Source of the DNA: the human T2T-CHM13v2.0 reference genome, Homo sapiens
Length of the DNA stretch: 64,000 nucleotides
Assembly: GCF_009914755.1 (NCBI RefSeq)
Contig: NC_060941.1
Reading direction: 5' to 3' (one strand)
Positions 41,577 through 55,666 of this stretch are shown in pieces. The first letter of the stretch is position 1. The number at the start of each line of letters is the position of its first letter. Below the pieces are notes generated by a model. It did not search any database and had not been told where the DNA came from. It worked only from the letters and a program-made list of their open reading frames with translations. The position numbers and the translations under genes were made by a program.

Positions 41577-42728
41577 TTATTTTCTTTTGTCTATGTTCTA
41601 AGGTGTATATGAATGTGACACTGTGTGTGTATTAAATGATATATTTTCTGTTTCTTTTATTGGAGCATAAGATTTTTAAGGGTGGGACTCAGTGCTTGTA
41701 TGTATGGTTCCTTACAGTGGCTGGTAAAGTTTTATCTAAACAAGCTCTCTGATCTTGAAGAAATATGACAAAATATCAACAGTTAAAATTTATCATCAAA
41801 ATTTGTTTAAATTTTTAAACTTCTGAATCTCATCACTCTACCAAAAATATTGTGCATTTGCATGTATTTTACAGGATAAACTTGTATGTGTTCATTAATT
41901 GAGGACTCGTTTTCAATACCCTGGAGGAACCCATTGCTTAAAAGGAACATGGCAAGAAACCCCTCTGCATTGTAACATTGATTGGGTATTTGATTATTTT
42001 TATGGCTGGTGCATTTTTATTTCAATAAGATGATTTGTGCTAATTCCTGAAAATATTTTTGCAATGTGATTTATGAGAGTTAAAGTCAGCTCTGAATACT
42101 GGATTTTGGATAAGCTGACAGCAATGCAGTCTGATAACATGTGACTACGCCTATTCTGTAGTAGCCCCAGGCCATTTTCCATGCCATTCAATAAAAGGAG
42201 TTTCCATTATGACTAATTTTATGTGTTCTGAAGATCTTTCATTATATGGCACAGTGCGACATCATTTAAAAATAGAAATGCCTATAAGACATTTCTTTAT
42301 TTTCTTCCTATTGTGACACGTTCTTTTTTTAAGTGTGTGTACACCACCCAGACACTCTTCGCTTTATTACCTGATTCTTTGTGGTGTCCGTAATTCCCTA
42401 GCTCTGTAAGGTCAGCCTTCAAAGTTCAGATGAGAAAAGAAACAGGCACATTTGTGCATATTTCAGTCTGGCTGAGGGGAAAAAAAATGAGCTTTGAGCT
42501 GGCTACCTCATACTCTTTCTCTTAGCATGCCCCACTTTTCTACTCTGACGAAGAAACACAAAATACAACATTATTCAAATAACTGTATAGGGAAAAAAAT
42601 GGCTTTCTCTGTTCCCCAGACTTGCCTGTTGACATAGGAAGACATAAATAAATTCCTAAATTAATTACGGTAAGTGATTCACAATGTTTCAGTAAATATC
42701 TTACCTAGATGAGGTTCAAATTACTTCA

Positions 42729-42855
42729 GAGGATTTATTAAAATCAACAAATTAACCAAAAATGATAGTTGAGTTCCTAACATATGTAAATGACTTATTT
42801 ATTTATTTATTGTTTTAACTATAACTTATACTGAGATCCAGTTTCCGGTTTGTAA
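42729..42855 (+). repeat. Dispersed direct repeat, copy 2
   Basis: About 7 substitutions and a 4-bp indel relative to copy 1. Confidence 0.92.
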
Positions 42856-43331
42856 GAAATAGCAAGATAAGGCCTAGTAAGTTAGATCAAAGAATTCCTT
42901 TGGCTAAAGTTGGATCTAACTTTCATACTTATTATTTTACTATATATGTTCATGTATAAAACCCAGAATAATATTATGTGTATGTATAAAACCTGAGAGA
43001 CACATAAAAACAATTTTGAAAAGTCGATTTTGATAAACACCTATTTTCTGAATTATACAGACTTCAGTTTTGCTCCAAAATGAAAGGTGTGATAGTTAAC
43101 TCAAATTTGTGATTTTGCTTTGAAGCCAATGCAATTGCCAAATTGATGCCTCTGAAACCTTCTTCACCAAACTTTGTTTTAAACTGAAAAGACTTCTCCA
43201 TTCCTTCAGCTCACAGCACTGACATGGTCTTTGGCTTTCAGTTATTCTTAAACTAGAATTTCTTCAGGAAAGCTATTTACATCCAAAGGTAAAGAAGCTC
43301 ATTTGTTAGCAGGTATCTAAGAAAGAAAGTG

Positions 43332-43420
43332 AAATTTTGTATTGATGCTCTCCCATTCAAATTCAAAAGGGGATAAATTTGGTATTGATGCTCTCCCATT
43401 CAAGTTCAAGAAGGGATAAA
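43332..43420 (+). repeat. 43-bp tandem duplication
   Basis: aaattt(t/g)gtattgatgctctcccattcaa.ttcaa.a.gggat x2. Confidence 0.9.
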
Positions 43421-44001
43421 ACAAATATCTTTATGAAAAGGCCTCCGTGTTTCATCAGCTAATACATGAAATTTAGATGAGACACATAAAAGCAGATCCC
43501 TTAAATCCTAGAGATTACAAACCATTTGAAATGACAATTGTTCTAAATAAACATGTGATTCACATGGAAAATTTTTGTATTTGCTCTATCTATTCAACTT
43601 AGTTCACTTTTCAGTAATTGGTAGTGTTCTTCTAATGTATTAATCCATTGAATAACATGTGTTAGGTTACTTTCTCAATATTTTTGGACAGTTTGTCCTT
43701 ACTTCAGACCAGTTCAGTGTTTTGTTTTTTTAAATAAAATAGCACTCTTGTATAGCTTCATGTAATATTCTATTGCCATCAATCACATTATAATGATTAC
43801 ATTAATATGATATATGAAAAAGTTGTTTCCCAGTGCCATTCAGATGCAAGTAACTCCAGTCTACTCCACCAAACATATTTTTGTTTGTAATATAGCTTTT
43901 TATAAATGGCTTAAATATGGAGAGCTACTTAACTATATTCTTTTTATCCCCCAACCCACCTGTCTCAAAATGCCCCCAGTAAACAGTTTTGCTCATAGAA
44001 C

Positions 44002-44183
44002 TTTCTTGCTTTCTCTCTTTTCTTTTTTTCTTTCTTCCTTTTCTTTCCTTTCTTTCTCTCTTTCCCTTTTTCTTTCTCTCTCTCTCCCTCTCTCCCTTCC
44101 TTCCTTCCCTCCTTCATTCTCTCTCTCTCCCTCTCTCCCTTCCTTCCTTCCCTCCTTCCTTCTTTCTCTTTCTCTTACTTTTT
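44002..44183 (+). repeat. CT-rich low-complexity tract
   Basis: Direct reading. Confidence 0.9.
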
Positions 44184-44755
44184 TGATGAAGAGTTGAGTA
44201 AAAGATCCTTTATGTGACAACAAGTATCCAGACTGAAAATTTCACTTTAACTTCCTCTTTTTGTTATGTTATCAAGTTGATACCGTTATACAGTAAAAAG
44301 AAAAAGGGTATTATTTTCATCCAACTTTGTCTATTTTCAGATGGAGTTCTTTTTATGAAAGAGTCAAAAATCATAGTTTATTGAGATATTACTTGGTATC
44401 AGGGTGTGGTATGAGCTAATAAAATCATCCAATGGAATTCTTGCTGGGTTTTTAACAGATTAAAGCTTGCAAAGAACTTAGCACAGCATCTAGAATTGGG
44501 TATCGTTAATTATAATTAACATTTTACTGAAAAATGTGTTGCTTTCTGGACAGTTGTTACCCTTATGGGCTATATAGTTTAGATATAATCCATTGGAAAA
44601 CATGTTTATTTTCTCAAAAAAATCCCTCAAGTGGCCATTGCTGAGGATTATATACGCCTCAGGATACTGTTCTAAAAAGTTCTTGATCCAATTTATGAGT
44701 GAGATAGTCAAGGATCATAAAGTATTCATTCTTATGGTTTTACAGGTTTATATAT

Positions 44756-44959
44756 CAGGAGTCTGGAAACTAATTTCTTGTTTTTACAAATAATATTTTA
44801 TTGAAACACAGCCATATGCATGTGTTTACACGGTATCCACGGCTGTTATCAAGCTACAATGCTGTAGTTAAGTAGTTGTGGCCAGAGACCACATGTAGCC
44901 CACAAAACCTAAAACATTTACTGCCTGGTCCTTTAAAGAAAAAAGTTGCCAATATCTTG
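44756..44959 (+). mobile_element. MER58A-like DNA transposon
   Basis: ttttattgaaacacagcca...agtagttgtggccagagacc...aaacctaaaacatttact...aaagttgcc. Confidence 0.75.
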
Positions 44960-46496
44960 TATAAATGGTCAGCAACTATTAATTCAGCTGAAAGTTAAAT
45001 GATTTATTCAACAAAGATTAGCAAATATTTACAAAGTTTTAGAACTAGGAAGCAGGCAAATACTTTTCTTATAGAGCTTAAAGTTAATCTAGTTGAAACA
45101 GATGAAAGCGTAGAACAAAGTAACCTAGACTGTTTATTTTTTTGAAAGTCCTTAAATATTTCAATGCTTCTCTTTAATAAGACTTACAAGAAAAAAATTT
45201 CCCAATTTATTTTACAGATGGGAGTGCATTTTGGCAGAGTCGCTATCAAAACTCGGCTGTCTTTTGGGGGCAAACAGAGGAATCAAAATAAGGATTTATC
45301 TCCACTTTGACAAAGGGAAGAGAATAAGCCCACTTTTGACAAATCAACATGTGCAAAGTCCACATTTTGAACCACGAGGCAAAAATTAGTATGAGATGTT
45401 AGTATTATCTTAATTGCGGAAGAGTCAGATACTCACTCATAGTACCTCTATTATTGAGTCTCAGATTTATAAGAGGCAGGGTATGTGTGGATTGTGCTTC
45501 TATGAACAACTAAATTATCTGTTTAATCCAATGCAAGCAAAATGATGGGAATTTTTCCAATGCTATTATTGATTTTCTTCTTCATGCTACAGTATTAAGG
45601 CTTACGATTCTAAGGTGCTGCACAATGGTGGGGCAAAACACAGGTTTTATAAACCCTATTAGTGCTGAGCATACTGTGCATTGGGAAGACAATGAAAAAC
45701 AAAAATGGAGGTCCTGTGTTTTGAAGATATTAATGGATGCACAGGCAGCTTCATGGCTACTCTTCTCATTTGAAAACTAAAAACCCTTCTAGGGAAGTGA
45801 GTTATCCAGTTAAATCTTTCCCTGCCAGAGCAAACATAAAGACAAGATGTAGTGCTCAGAGGAAAAACCATTAATCACCATTGTCATAACATGCCCCTCG
45901 ATTCCATTGCTTCATTTCAGAAGGTGACATCAAGAATAATTATCATCAGTCATGCAGATTTCAAGACTCTTATAGGAGAAATTATGTTAACATCCAACCT
46001 CAAATGTAAAGAGTACTTTAAAATGTTTGTGTATCATGCTCAAAATCAGAAAAAAAAAAAAATCTCCCAAACTCCTTAAGGCATTTTCAGCCACATAAAC
46101 TAAAATAAATTCAGCAACAGAAACTAGTTCTCATGAGTTCTGGCACTAAATCAGTGAAGACTATATCAACAAAAATATCACTCTCTGGTTTTCAGAGATG
46201 AGGTGAAAAAAAATTACTGGAAATATACAACTTTGCTTGACTTCCTATCAATAGTTATTCTTACCGTCAATAGACATGATGAGTTGGAGACACAGGTCTG
46301 GACAATATTGTTTCCTCAGTGCCTAGATACATCCTGAAAGAACAGATTGGCCTTTTCTTGTATTTTATTTGAGAGATATGAATAAGTTTTGAGCTTTTTC
46401 TAGTCCCTCAAAGCCTTCTGCTTGGTCTAGCTGCCCTCTGAATGCACCAACGATCAATTATCTTGGATCAAAGACAAATGCAAACAAGAAGAATGC

Positions 46497-47175
46497 AGTT
46501 TCCTAACATCTGTGGGATACAGGGTGAGAATATGGAAGGCCATATACTGTATATCTAAATATTTAAATTATAAACCAAGTCAAAATGATTAGATAAAATC
46601 TTTTCCATTCAACTGTCTTGACAAATATAGCTTATAGCTTATTAACGATGTGGATAATCAAGCTCGAATTTAGAATTCTCAGATTCTTTGCAGTTTCCCG
46701 TCAGCACATAGGAGTAAGGAAGTGACAGTCCCTAGGGCCTGGCTGTAGGCTCACCTGGTGTGTCTCTTACTTCTGGTTCTGCGGCAACCGTGAGGGTACT
46801 TGCAGGTGTGCCTCTACAGCTATTCACCTATAAGGTGCAAGATCCTTTTACACTCCTCAACGTCTCCACCCTTATACATTATAGCTACCTTGGTCTACCT
46901 GGACCTAGGGTTATGGGGTATATCCATGGGTGATGGTCTTGGAGGATTAACCTAGAACTAGGCTGTAGCTCTTAGGGCAAGAAATTCACTGATTCTAGAT
47001 GCCTGGAATATATAGTCTAGAAAAGAAGCATAGTTCCTAGGAGGGCCTGTTCCCTTATTCTCTCTGCTTCATGAGGAAGGGTACATCCAGACAAGGGACA
47101 GAATTGGGTCCTCTAAAGTATGACCTTGGCACAGAGACTAATTAGTATTTCTCAAACCTAAGGGTAGTACCACTG
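46497..47175 (+). mobile_element. hAT-Tip100 element (Arthur1-like)
   Basis: tatctaaatatttaaattataaaccaag...cttgacaaatata...gaatttagaattctcag...gggtcctctaaag...ctaagggtagtac. Confidence 0.55.
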
Positions 47176-48689
47176 ATGTGTTTCTACGTCAGAAATGCAT
47201 ACTTCTACCATCTTCCATCATACATGTTATTCTTGCCTATAAAGTATAATCTAGAAAATATTTAACTCTCAATTGGAGGGGGAAATATCATTCTTCCATT
47301 AGGTTATTGCACAGCATTTTGTAATAACTTAGGTCAACGTTCTAAATTGATAAGATCAAATCAAATGGCCCATGCCTTTTGCAATTGTTTTCTGAATGAT
47401 TTTTTTAAATTGAATTTAGCATGGGTTATTACATATAAGCCATAGTCAAACCTGCATGGACTCATCTTCATCCCCAGTGAGTCCCTTTCATTATATTTTA
47501 GGAAATACTCTGTACGTGGTATACCATGCCTTTATGTGAGTTTGGTCTAGTTTAGACTCTTTCCGTTCATACTAATGTCTTATATGTCAGACTGTTCACT
47601 GCAAAATGAACCTCTCTTATACATGTGCTTTTTCAGGGAGTAGCTCTCTGGAGTTTATTCACTTTCTTCACTTTCTATGATCCTCTTGACATTTTTGAAC
47701 CATCTTCTCCATCTATTCTTTACTCTACAAGTCATTCTGATTATACAGAAATGCTTTGTGCCTAGACACAAATGTCAATTCACAGACAATTCTTCAATTT
47801 CCCAGAAAATTGACCTCACAGATCTTAAAGGCATTGGCTGAGGCAGACTGTTTCCTTCTGAACCGGAATCTCAATGGGGTCCATCATTTGTATACGCATG
47901 CTTCATTTTACAATGTTGCCAAACAAGGTTGATTGAGGGGTAAGGGGATAAGCAATTACTTTAGCATCTGACTTCTACAGTTAACATTACAATGAAATAT
48001 AAAACTTGGGGCTTGTTATGGAAACACTTTGAGCCAGCCCCTTACCTTGAATGACCCTTCTATTCCATCAGATACCTAACTCAACACTCACTTTGGAAAG
48101 AATCTAATGATATATCCATTCTCATAAATCCATAGACTTAATCTGTGTTGTATTCATTTACATTTTTAACCAAGCAAAGCTACAAAGTAAATAAATATAT
48201 AAAGGATGGATGATAAAACCAAGTAACTTTAAGATAAGCAAGTTAGACTTTTCCTGGGTTCACGTGTAAACTATGGCAGTGATAATTCGTAACGCATCCT
48301 ATGAATGTCATTGCAAATGATAAGGATAATGCCCAAACATCAAACACTTTTATTTTGGGTTATATACATATTTTTATAGCTGGTATTTAACTAGTAAGAC
48401 TGACTATTAAGTAGAATGCTTACTCAGACTTATCTTAAATAGAGTTAAGACTCTTACCAGAGGAAACAGTCCTTCCTTTTGCACCAGCTTAGACCAGCCG
48501 CAATTTGTTGAGTTGAGAGGACTGGCACAGCTCTCATTTTCAACATACCCACATAAATTGTAAACGATTCCCTGGAGGTCAATAAGTCACAATGAACTAA
48601 AATCTCCATTTTTCCCTTTCTGCAGGAATACAGTGTTCTTCATTTTTTTTTAAAGCCACATTCTATTCCAGGAATCTTGGGAATAAGAA

Positions 48690-48930
48690 ATCATAATAGC
48701 TATAATTTATTGAGTGCACCTTATTGTGTGCTAAGTCCTTTACACATCTAATTCAATGCTCACAATAACAATGTAAACCAGTACTGTGAACACCTTCATA
48801 TAACAGATACAGAAACAGAAGATCAGAAAATTTTGGTGATTTGACCAAAATCACGCTACTTAAAACATGTAGAACTGAGATTTGAACCTAAACCTGGATG
48901 ACTCTAATAATTCATGTTTTAACTACTACA
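48690..48930 (-). mobile_element. MIR SINE
   Basis: taatagctataatttattgagtgc...tgtgctaagtcctttacac...gagatttgaacc. Confidence 0.75.
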
Positions 48931-49881
48931 TGAGGTTTCTTGATTTTTGTTTTTTTTCCCAGTAGACCAAAATCTTTGGCCTCAGAATATAGTTATGTTT
49001 CTCTCTTCTAGGATGTAGCAGTATTCTTATTGTGTTCTTGAGTGCCAATCATGGAGTTATTCAATAAGACCAAAAATCTGAGGTCCTTTCTAAGAATTGT
49101 CTTGATGGCTTGTTGAAGCCACTGTGTATTACATAACACAATGACTTATTCTCTTCTGTGGTTCACCAAAGGGTGGCACAAATCTATGAACACTCTTATA
49201 AAACAGCATTGGTTATGACAGCCCTCTGGGTATAGTCTTCAGAATATGGTTCCAAAACGTTAATCTCCCCCTTCTAGCAGTTTCCAAAATCTGGTACCTA
49301 ATAAGCAACTTAGCAACGATTCAAATATTTAATGTAACTTGTAAAACCATGTCTGGCTGGGTATATTTGCACATAAAATCCGCAATATCACCTGTTAATT
49401 AGATCTTATTTAATTGACCGTAGAAGAGTCTAATGGAATGAATTAGTGGTGTTTGAATTTCTGTTGGCGCTGATGATAATGACAATACAATCTTATCTAA
49501 TTTAAGCTCAGCTTTGGGAAAACTGTTATGGCTCCTAAATTACTAAAACCACTGGTTTCCTGCTTTTTCCTAAATCTAAATTAGAGTACATGGGATGCTC
49601 TTTTGAAATGAGTCAGTGGTTTTGAGAGCTGGCCTTTATAAACCCAGAGGAAGCCAATGATAACTAACTCAAGGGCAATTGTCCTGTATGAGTACATATA
49701 CCTGCCTCAAACTGAGTTTGACATATGTCTAATTTATTAGAATCACTAAGAATAATGGCACATAACTTTTCAGAAACAAAGGAGAGCAATCTGTTCTTTT
49801 GACTGTCTGATGAAGCAACTATAATTGTTTAATATGATCACTATAATGAATGAGTTTTATGTATACTTTTTAAGCTGGGGA

Positions 49882-49959
49882 ATATATATATAATTATATT
49901 ATTATAATATATATGATATAATTATATTATTATAATATATATGATATAATTATATTATT
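49882..49959 (+). repeat. AT-rich 28-bp minisatellite (~2.6 copies)
   Basis: atataattatattattataatatatatg repeated. Confidence 0.9.
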
Positions 49960-50191
49960 CCCTCTCATACAAAACATTGTCACTAAAGAGGCTTATAGAT
50001 ATTGCTTTGTTTTTTTTCAAATGTGAAGAAAATTTATTTTAAGTCATTAGTATGCTTTTACTTGGTCCCTGTTTATTTTCTTATAAAATTCCAAACTCTA
50101 TAAAGTTTAATCAATCATTCTCTGCTGGACTCAAAAAGTTGGCCACTGGGTAAAGTTAAGCCCAGGCTGGAGGGTAAAAATTTGCCTCCTA

Positions 50192-50488
50192 GGCCAGGCA
50201 CAGTGGCTTAAGCCTGTAATCCTACCGCTTTGGGAGGCTGAGGCTGGTGGATCGTGAGGTCAGGAGATCGAGACCATCCTGGCCAACACTGTGAAACCCC
50301 GTCTTTACTAAAAATACAAAAATTAACTGGGTGTGGTGGCGCACGCCTGTAATCCCAGCTACTCGGTAGGCTGAGGCAGGAGAATCGCTTGAACCAGGGA
50401 GTCAGACGTTGCAGTGAGCTGAGATCTCACCACTGCAGTCCAGCCTGGCCACAGAGTGAGACTCCGTCTCAAAAAAAAAAAAAAAAAA
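50192..50488 (+). mobile_element. AluSc
   Basis: gaggtcaggagatcgagaccatcctggccaac; TSD aaaatt(t)gcctcct. Confidence 0.93.
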
Positions 50489-52951
50489 TTGCCTCCTCAA
50501 GTTAATCAAAAGTTAGTCCTCTGTGTGGTCATTCCACTTTTGAGGTTGGTGACACCATATTTATCTTCAAGAATTACCCCTTGATTATGACACTACTTTA
50601 GGAGTTCAGATGTATAATGACCAGTGCATGGATCAGTGTGGAAACATATAATAATTTATCTTGAGTGGTGTTTGTAGTTCATCTTTGCACTGTTGTATAC
50701 ATTGTATACACTACACATGGATTGTGATCCTTCCTCTCTCTGAATTTTTAGAGGCTGACCATTAGCAGCAAGATGCAGAGTTTTCCATTGTCCTAATCCA
50801 AAAGAAATTTCCAAAATGCACACAATTTATTAGTATTATTAAGAATGTGGCAAACATAATAACAGAAATCATCTATCATTTAGTTATCAAAATAAGACTG
50901 TAGGCAATTCTGTTTGGTTACACTTTGGAGAATCCTTGATCTCATTTTAATTCAAGTATACAAATTAAATACAGCTCCTTCTTTTACACAATGCCAGCAC
51001 AGGCAATGCTCAACCACACTTCCAGATTCTTAACCGTTTATTTTAAGCTGTTGAATAGTGATGACACAATATCAGTCCCCTTAAATCAGTATTTTTTCAA
51101 AAGGAACCAAGAAGGCATTTAGCCTCAGACTCAAAAATGATCCAACCCACATCAAGGCTAGCAGTTCTTGGTTAAAATGGAACTGACTCTGAGAGTCTTC
51201 CAGCAACCTCTCTCTTCAGCAACAAGTTATTTACCAAAAACCAATGGAGCTGAAATGATATGACATTGAATTTTTAAGACAACAATTTCTCATTTCCTTG
51301 CCAGAATTGGAAAGAGATAAAGTAAAATAAACAGCATTAAAATAAAACAAGTCTCACTCCTGGTAACCTCTAATATTAACATCATTTTCTTTTCAGCAAA
51401 ATCTTCACCCTACTTATCAAAGAACATGAAAATCTCAATTGATGGGACAAACAGGAAATTATTATTCTTATTATATACTTCTTTTACAATGATAATTATG
51501 GCATGGAGACATCTTTTACATAGTAAAATGAACATCTTAATCTTTTGCAAATAGCGTGGTTATTTCCTTCCTGGGAGTGGAAGTTCTGAGAGAGCGAAGA
51601 GAGAAAGGAATACTGATATTTCTGAGAGTCTGCCAGGAGAAAGCCTGCCTGGCCAGTTTAGTGGCGGAGCTGAGTCTGAATAAGGTATTTTGCTGCCGAA
51701 AAGAATGCCAGCTTCTGTCTTGATAACTTCCCATTTGGCAAGTACAAAGTGTGTTGATTTTTACAGTTGATATTACAGAAGTGTATGCAGGAAAACAAAA
51801 CAAAACAAAAAAACAAAAAACACAGGCTGCTGAGCTCAATATCCTATTGCAATCACAATATCAATGTATGTTTTCTAAGAATGTTACCATTCATGTTCTA
51901 GAATCATATGACTAGAAAGTGCAGGCTCTCATATGGTTTGGTCGCCCAGCTCAGGGCTGAATGATGTCTTGAAAGAGGTATCAAAGAATTGAAAGAAACA
52001 CAAAACCAAGGTGGGACCACTCTAGGCACGTGCCTTTATCCCTTAATCAAATGTTCAGTGCACTTCTTTTGATTAATTAGATTCCCAATGATGCAACTGC
52101 ATTGAAATAAATGTATTACATTTAGTATCAGTCTAGGTTCTTCAATTTCTCACTTTAGATACATTTTTGGACGTGTTCAAAGAAAGTTTCACACAGTCCC
52201 AATTCATCACCTTCCCCTCTTCTGTTAACAGAAGGAAACTTAGTAGGTTGCCTGACTTTGCCTAATTTCCATATCCCAAACAGCAAGAACAAGTTCAACT
52301 GCCTAAAAATTTCATCTCATAGATGAAATTTCCTTGGGATATTAGCTTTCATAATTAAAAAACTCACAGGTAGGCATATTCTAGAGCATGGTAAAAACCA
52401 ACATGATCTCTCATCAGCTGCTACAGAATATATTCAACCATTCATGTGGACAATTATTGATTCATCTGATCATGTTTTTGACAATATCTCTGGGACATCT
52501 TTTTGGGTAGAACGGTTGGGAAAAGAGAGTAACCTCCGTTGGAAGATATGTTTTCACATCTAGTTTTAGTAAATAGGTTTAAATGTTTACTCTAGTATTA
52601 AATGTTACTTTCCCAGTACAGCCGTCTTAAACAATGCAATTTGTCTTCATGCACACACATGTGTATGCACACACTTATCCACATCAACCATTATTTACCT
52701 GTATAAGTAGAGAGGAACGTTGATGGAGAAAATTTCAAACAGAAGAAAATTCAAAAGTTGTTCATGCTTATAAAGTACATATGCTTTGGTGCTGGGTTTG
52801 CCTTCCAAATTATGTTAATATTGAAGTGAATTTGCATTCTCCAGGCATGTACCAGCTATAGAGGGACACAGGAGAGGCTTGGTGAGGGACAGAGAGGAGG
52901 AAAAAGTGGTGTTCAAAAACCAGAGGAGTGGGCAGAAGGCAAGCAGCATTT

Positions 52952-53242
52952 ATTTTTTCTGAGGCAGAGACTCACTCTGTCACCCAGGCTGGAGTGCAGT
53001 GGTGTGTTCTCGGCTTACTACAACACCCACCTCCAGGGTTCAAGTGATCCTCCCACCTCAGCCTCCCAAGTAGCTGGGACTAGAGGCTCGCGCCACCATG
53101 CCCAGCTAATTTTTGTATTTTTAGTAGAGATGGGGTTTCACCACATTGGCCAGGCTGGTCTCAAACTTCTGGCATCAAGTGATCTGCCCACCTCAGCCTC
53201 CCAAAGTGCTGGGATTACAGGCCTGAGCCACCGTGCCTAGCC
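52952..53242 (-). mobile_element. Alu (Jb/old S)
   Basis: Full dimer; TSD gcaagcagcattt at 52939 and 53244. Confidence 0.93.
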
Positions 53243-53324
53243 AGCAAGCAGCATTTGAAAGTGTTCTCTGGACTATCTACAGAATAAATAATACATGTGC
53301 TGAACCAAGTATTCATTGTCATCT

Positions 53325-53393
53325 TTATTTTATATATATATAATTAAATATTAAATAATATTAAATATTAATATTAATATTAAATATATATAA
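53325..53393 (+). repeat. A/T-only low-complexity tract
   Basis: tatatatatataattaaatattaaataatattaaatattaatattaatattaaatatatataa. Confidence 0.9.
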
Positions 53394-54507
53394 TGTTTCC
53401 ATTCAAATGTTTTTTTCAGAATAATTTTTCAAATATGTGCTCCGCACTTACATAAGCACATGGAAAATAATCTTCTGACTGAGGTTTGTCCACTGCGTGA
53501 ACGACATCTTCACATATAAACAGTCATGGTTATTTAGGCACCAAATCACTTCCATCTCATTCACCAGTGTGACTCAGGAGTGAACCAGGGAATAAAATAA
53601 ATGATGTTGGCATTTTCTCCTTATGACCAGGCACTTGACCCTGGGAAAGGGAGATGCGGTTGTTAAAACAACAGACTATAAACTGCTGTAGTGGTCTAGG
53701 AAATATCATTTAAGAAACTCTTTGGACAGGGGAATCGGAGTGAATTTGCAGCATCGCTTGAGCTCAGAACTCAGCAAGGAGAATGAGAAGGGGCACTGCA
53801 TGTGTCCCAGCCTCCCCGCTGGCCGCTGCAGAATTCTCTCTGGAGCAAAGTAGTTCCATTTGATGGTCAAAAGGCCAGGCCAGAAAAAACCTGCTGTAAC
53901 TGGGTTTGGACAGTGCAGATAATTTCCTGGGGAAAACACCACTGTATTTCTGCTTTCCCTGAATCTGTTAAAAACATGTTTGTTTTGGCATTTTTCAGCT
54001 CTTGTGTGATTTTCAGTATTCCACAGTTTGGGAGGATTAGATTACACCTTGTGACCAAAATGAGGGCTAGGAGTAAGTTAACTCCGCAGCCTTACAATCC
54101 TATAATTTTGGGTTCAAATAGAAGGAGTAAGGTGAGTCTGGATAAACTTTGTTTTAAGGATTTAACACAATATACTGAGCAGGGCTTAAGACATCATATT
54201 TCTACATTATATACTAAAGGATAGCACATGATATCTGTGCCTTAAACATATCATGTGCCAACACTTGTCAAACCATGGAAGAGCTGTGTATAAAAGAGCT
54301 TGGGAATGAAAGAAAAGCAAGAGTTCCACCCCCTCACTTCAGAGAGGAGACACCGCATCACATGAAATTTAAGGGATTTTTTTTTTTAGAAACACACATA
54401 AAAAAGTAGAGCTCCCAGTAGAACTCAGATCTCCTGACTTTTGGCCCAATGAGCATATATGTGCATGAAGACACATCTGCTCTTCAGATCAAAAGCTTCT
54501 GTTTGAG

Positions 54508-54550
54508 GCGCGCACACACGCGCGCGCGCACACACACACACACACACACA
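54508..54550 (+). repeat. Compound (CG)n/(CA)n alternating purine-pyrimidine tract
   Basis: gcgcgcacacacgcgcgcgcgcacacacacacacacacacaca. Confidence 0.95.
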
Positions 54551-54568
54551 AAATTATTTAAAATATAA

Positions 54569-54814
<246 letters not shown>

Positions 54815-55481
54815 TGACTGAAGTAGCTCTGAATTGCTCACAGAAGCTCTGAAAATAAAATAGAAATGAACTGGAAAAAGGATACTAGATAAATGTCAAT
54901 TCTTCCTCTTTGGAGCAGATGAGAGAGAATCCTGAGCATTTTCTAAAACATGAATGCCTTTTCTACCACTACTGGGGAAAGCTCTATTAGCAAATAAAGA
55001 GTAGAAATCCTTTGATTTAACAACTGCCTCTTCATTAAAGCTAGTAAGTATATTCCCTCAGATAATCATTACACTAAAAATATCAGAGAAGACATAACCA
55101 CCCTAAGAAATAACCATTTGTCCAGTGTCAGAAAGAAGAAGTAAAAGCATATTTTTACACATTTGTATTTATTTGTCAGGTTCTTTATAAATTTATAAGA
55201 AGGCAAAAAAAATCACTCTAAAAGCAGAGATAAGGTCTGTAAAATTAATAAAAGCTATGTTTATGTAACCACAACACAGATGGATAGTAACATGTCACAC
55301 ATTGTTTCACTTTTTTTGGATTAGATTAATGATGATTAAAGTTTCATAACTGTAATCATTTCACAATCATTAGCAAGCTTAGAAAAGGAGGAAAAGGTAA
55401 AGGAGTACAGCACATTGCCAAATGGCAGATCTAACATGAAACCTTGTGTTTTGTGGAAAGAACAAGAAGGAGACAATGATG

Positions 55482-55666
55482 AGTGTGTGTCTGTGTGTGT
55501 GTGCGCGTGTGTGTGTACGCATGAGAAAGAGACAGAGACATAGATGAGAAAGAAAAAGAGAGAAAGAGAGACAGACACAAATACACATACACAGAGACAG
55601 AGAAAGAGAAACAGAGAGGGAGAGAGACAGAAGCAGACAGACAGAGCCATAGAGACAGAGAGAGAC
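55482..55666 (+). repeat. Compound (TG)n/(GA)n microsatellite
   Basis: Direct reading; explains three spurious ORFs. Confidence 0.9.

Noticed and set aside
53808-53830. Possible CTCF site / KCNJ2-SOX9 TAD boundary
   Set aside because: CCAGCGGGGAGG on the minus strand has three mismatches to the CTCF core, and from memory the described boundary lies much further downstream.
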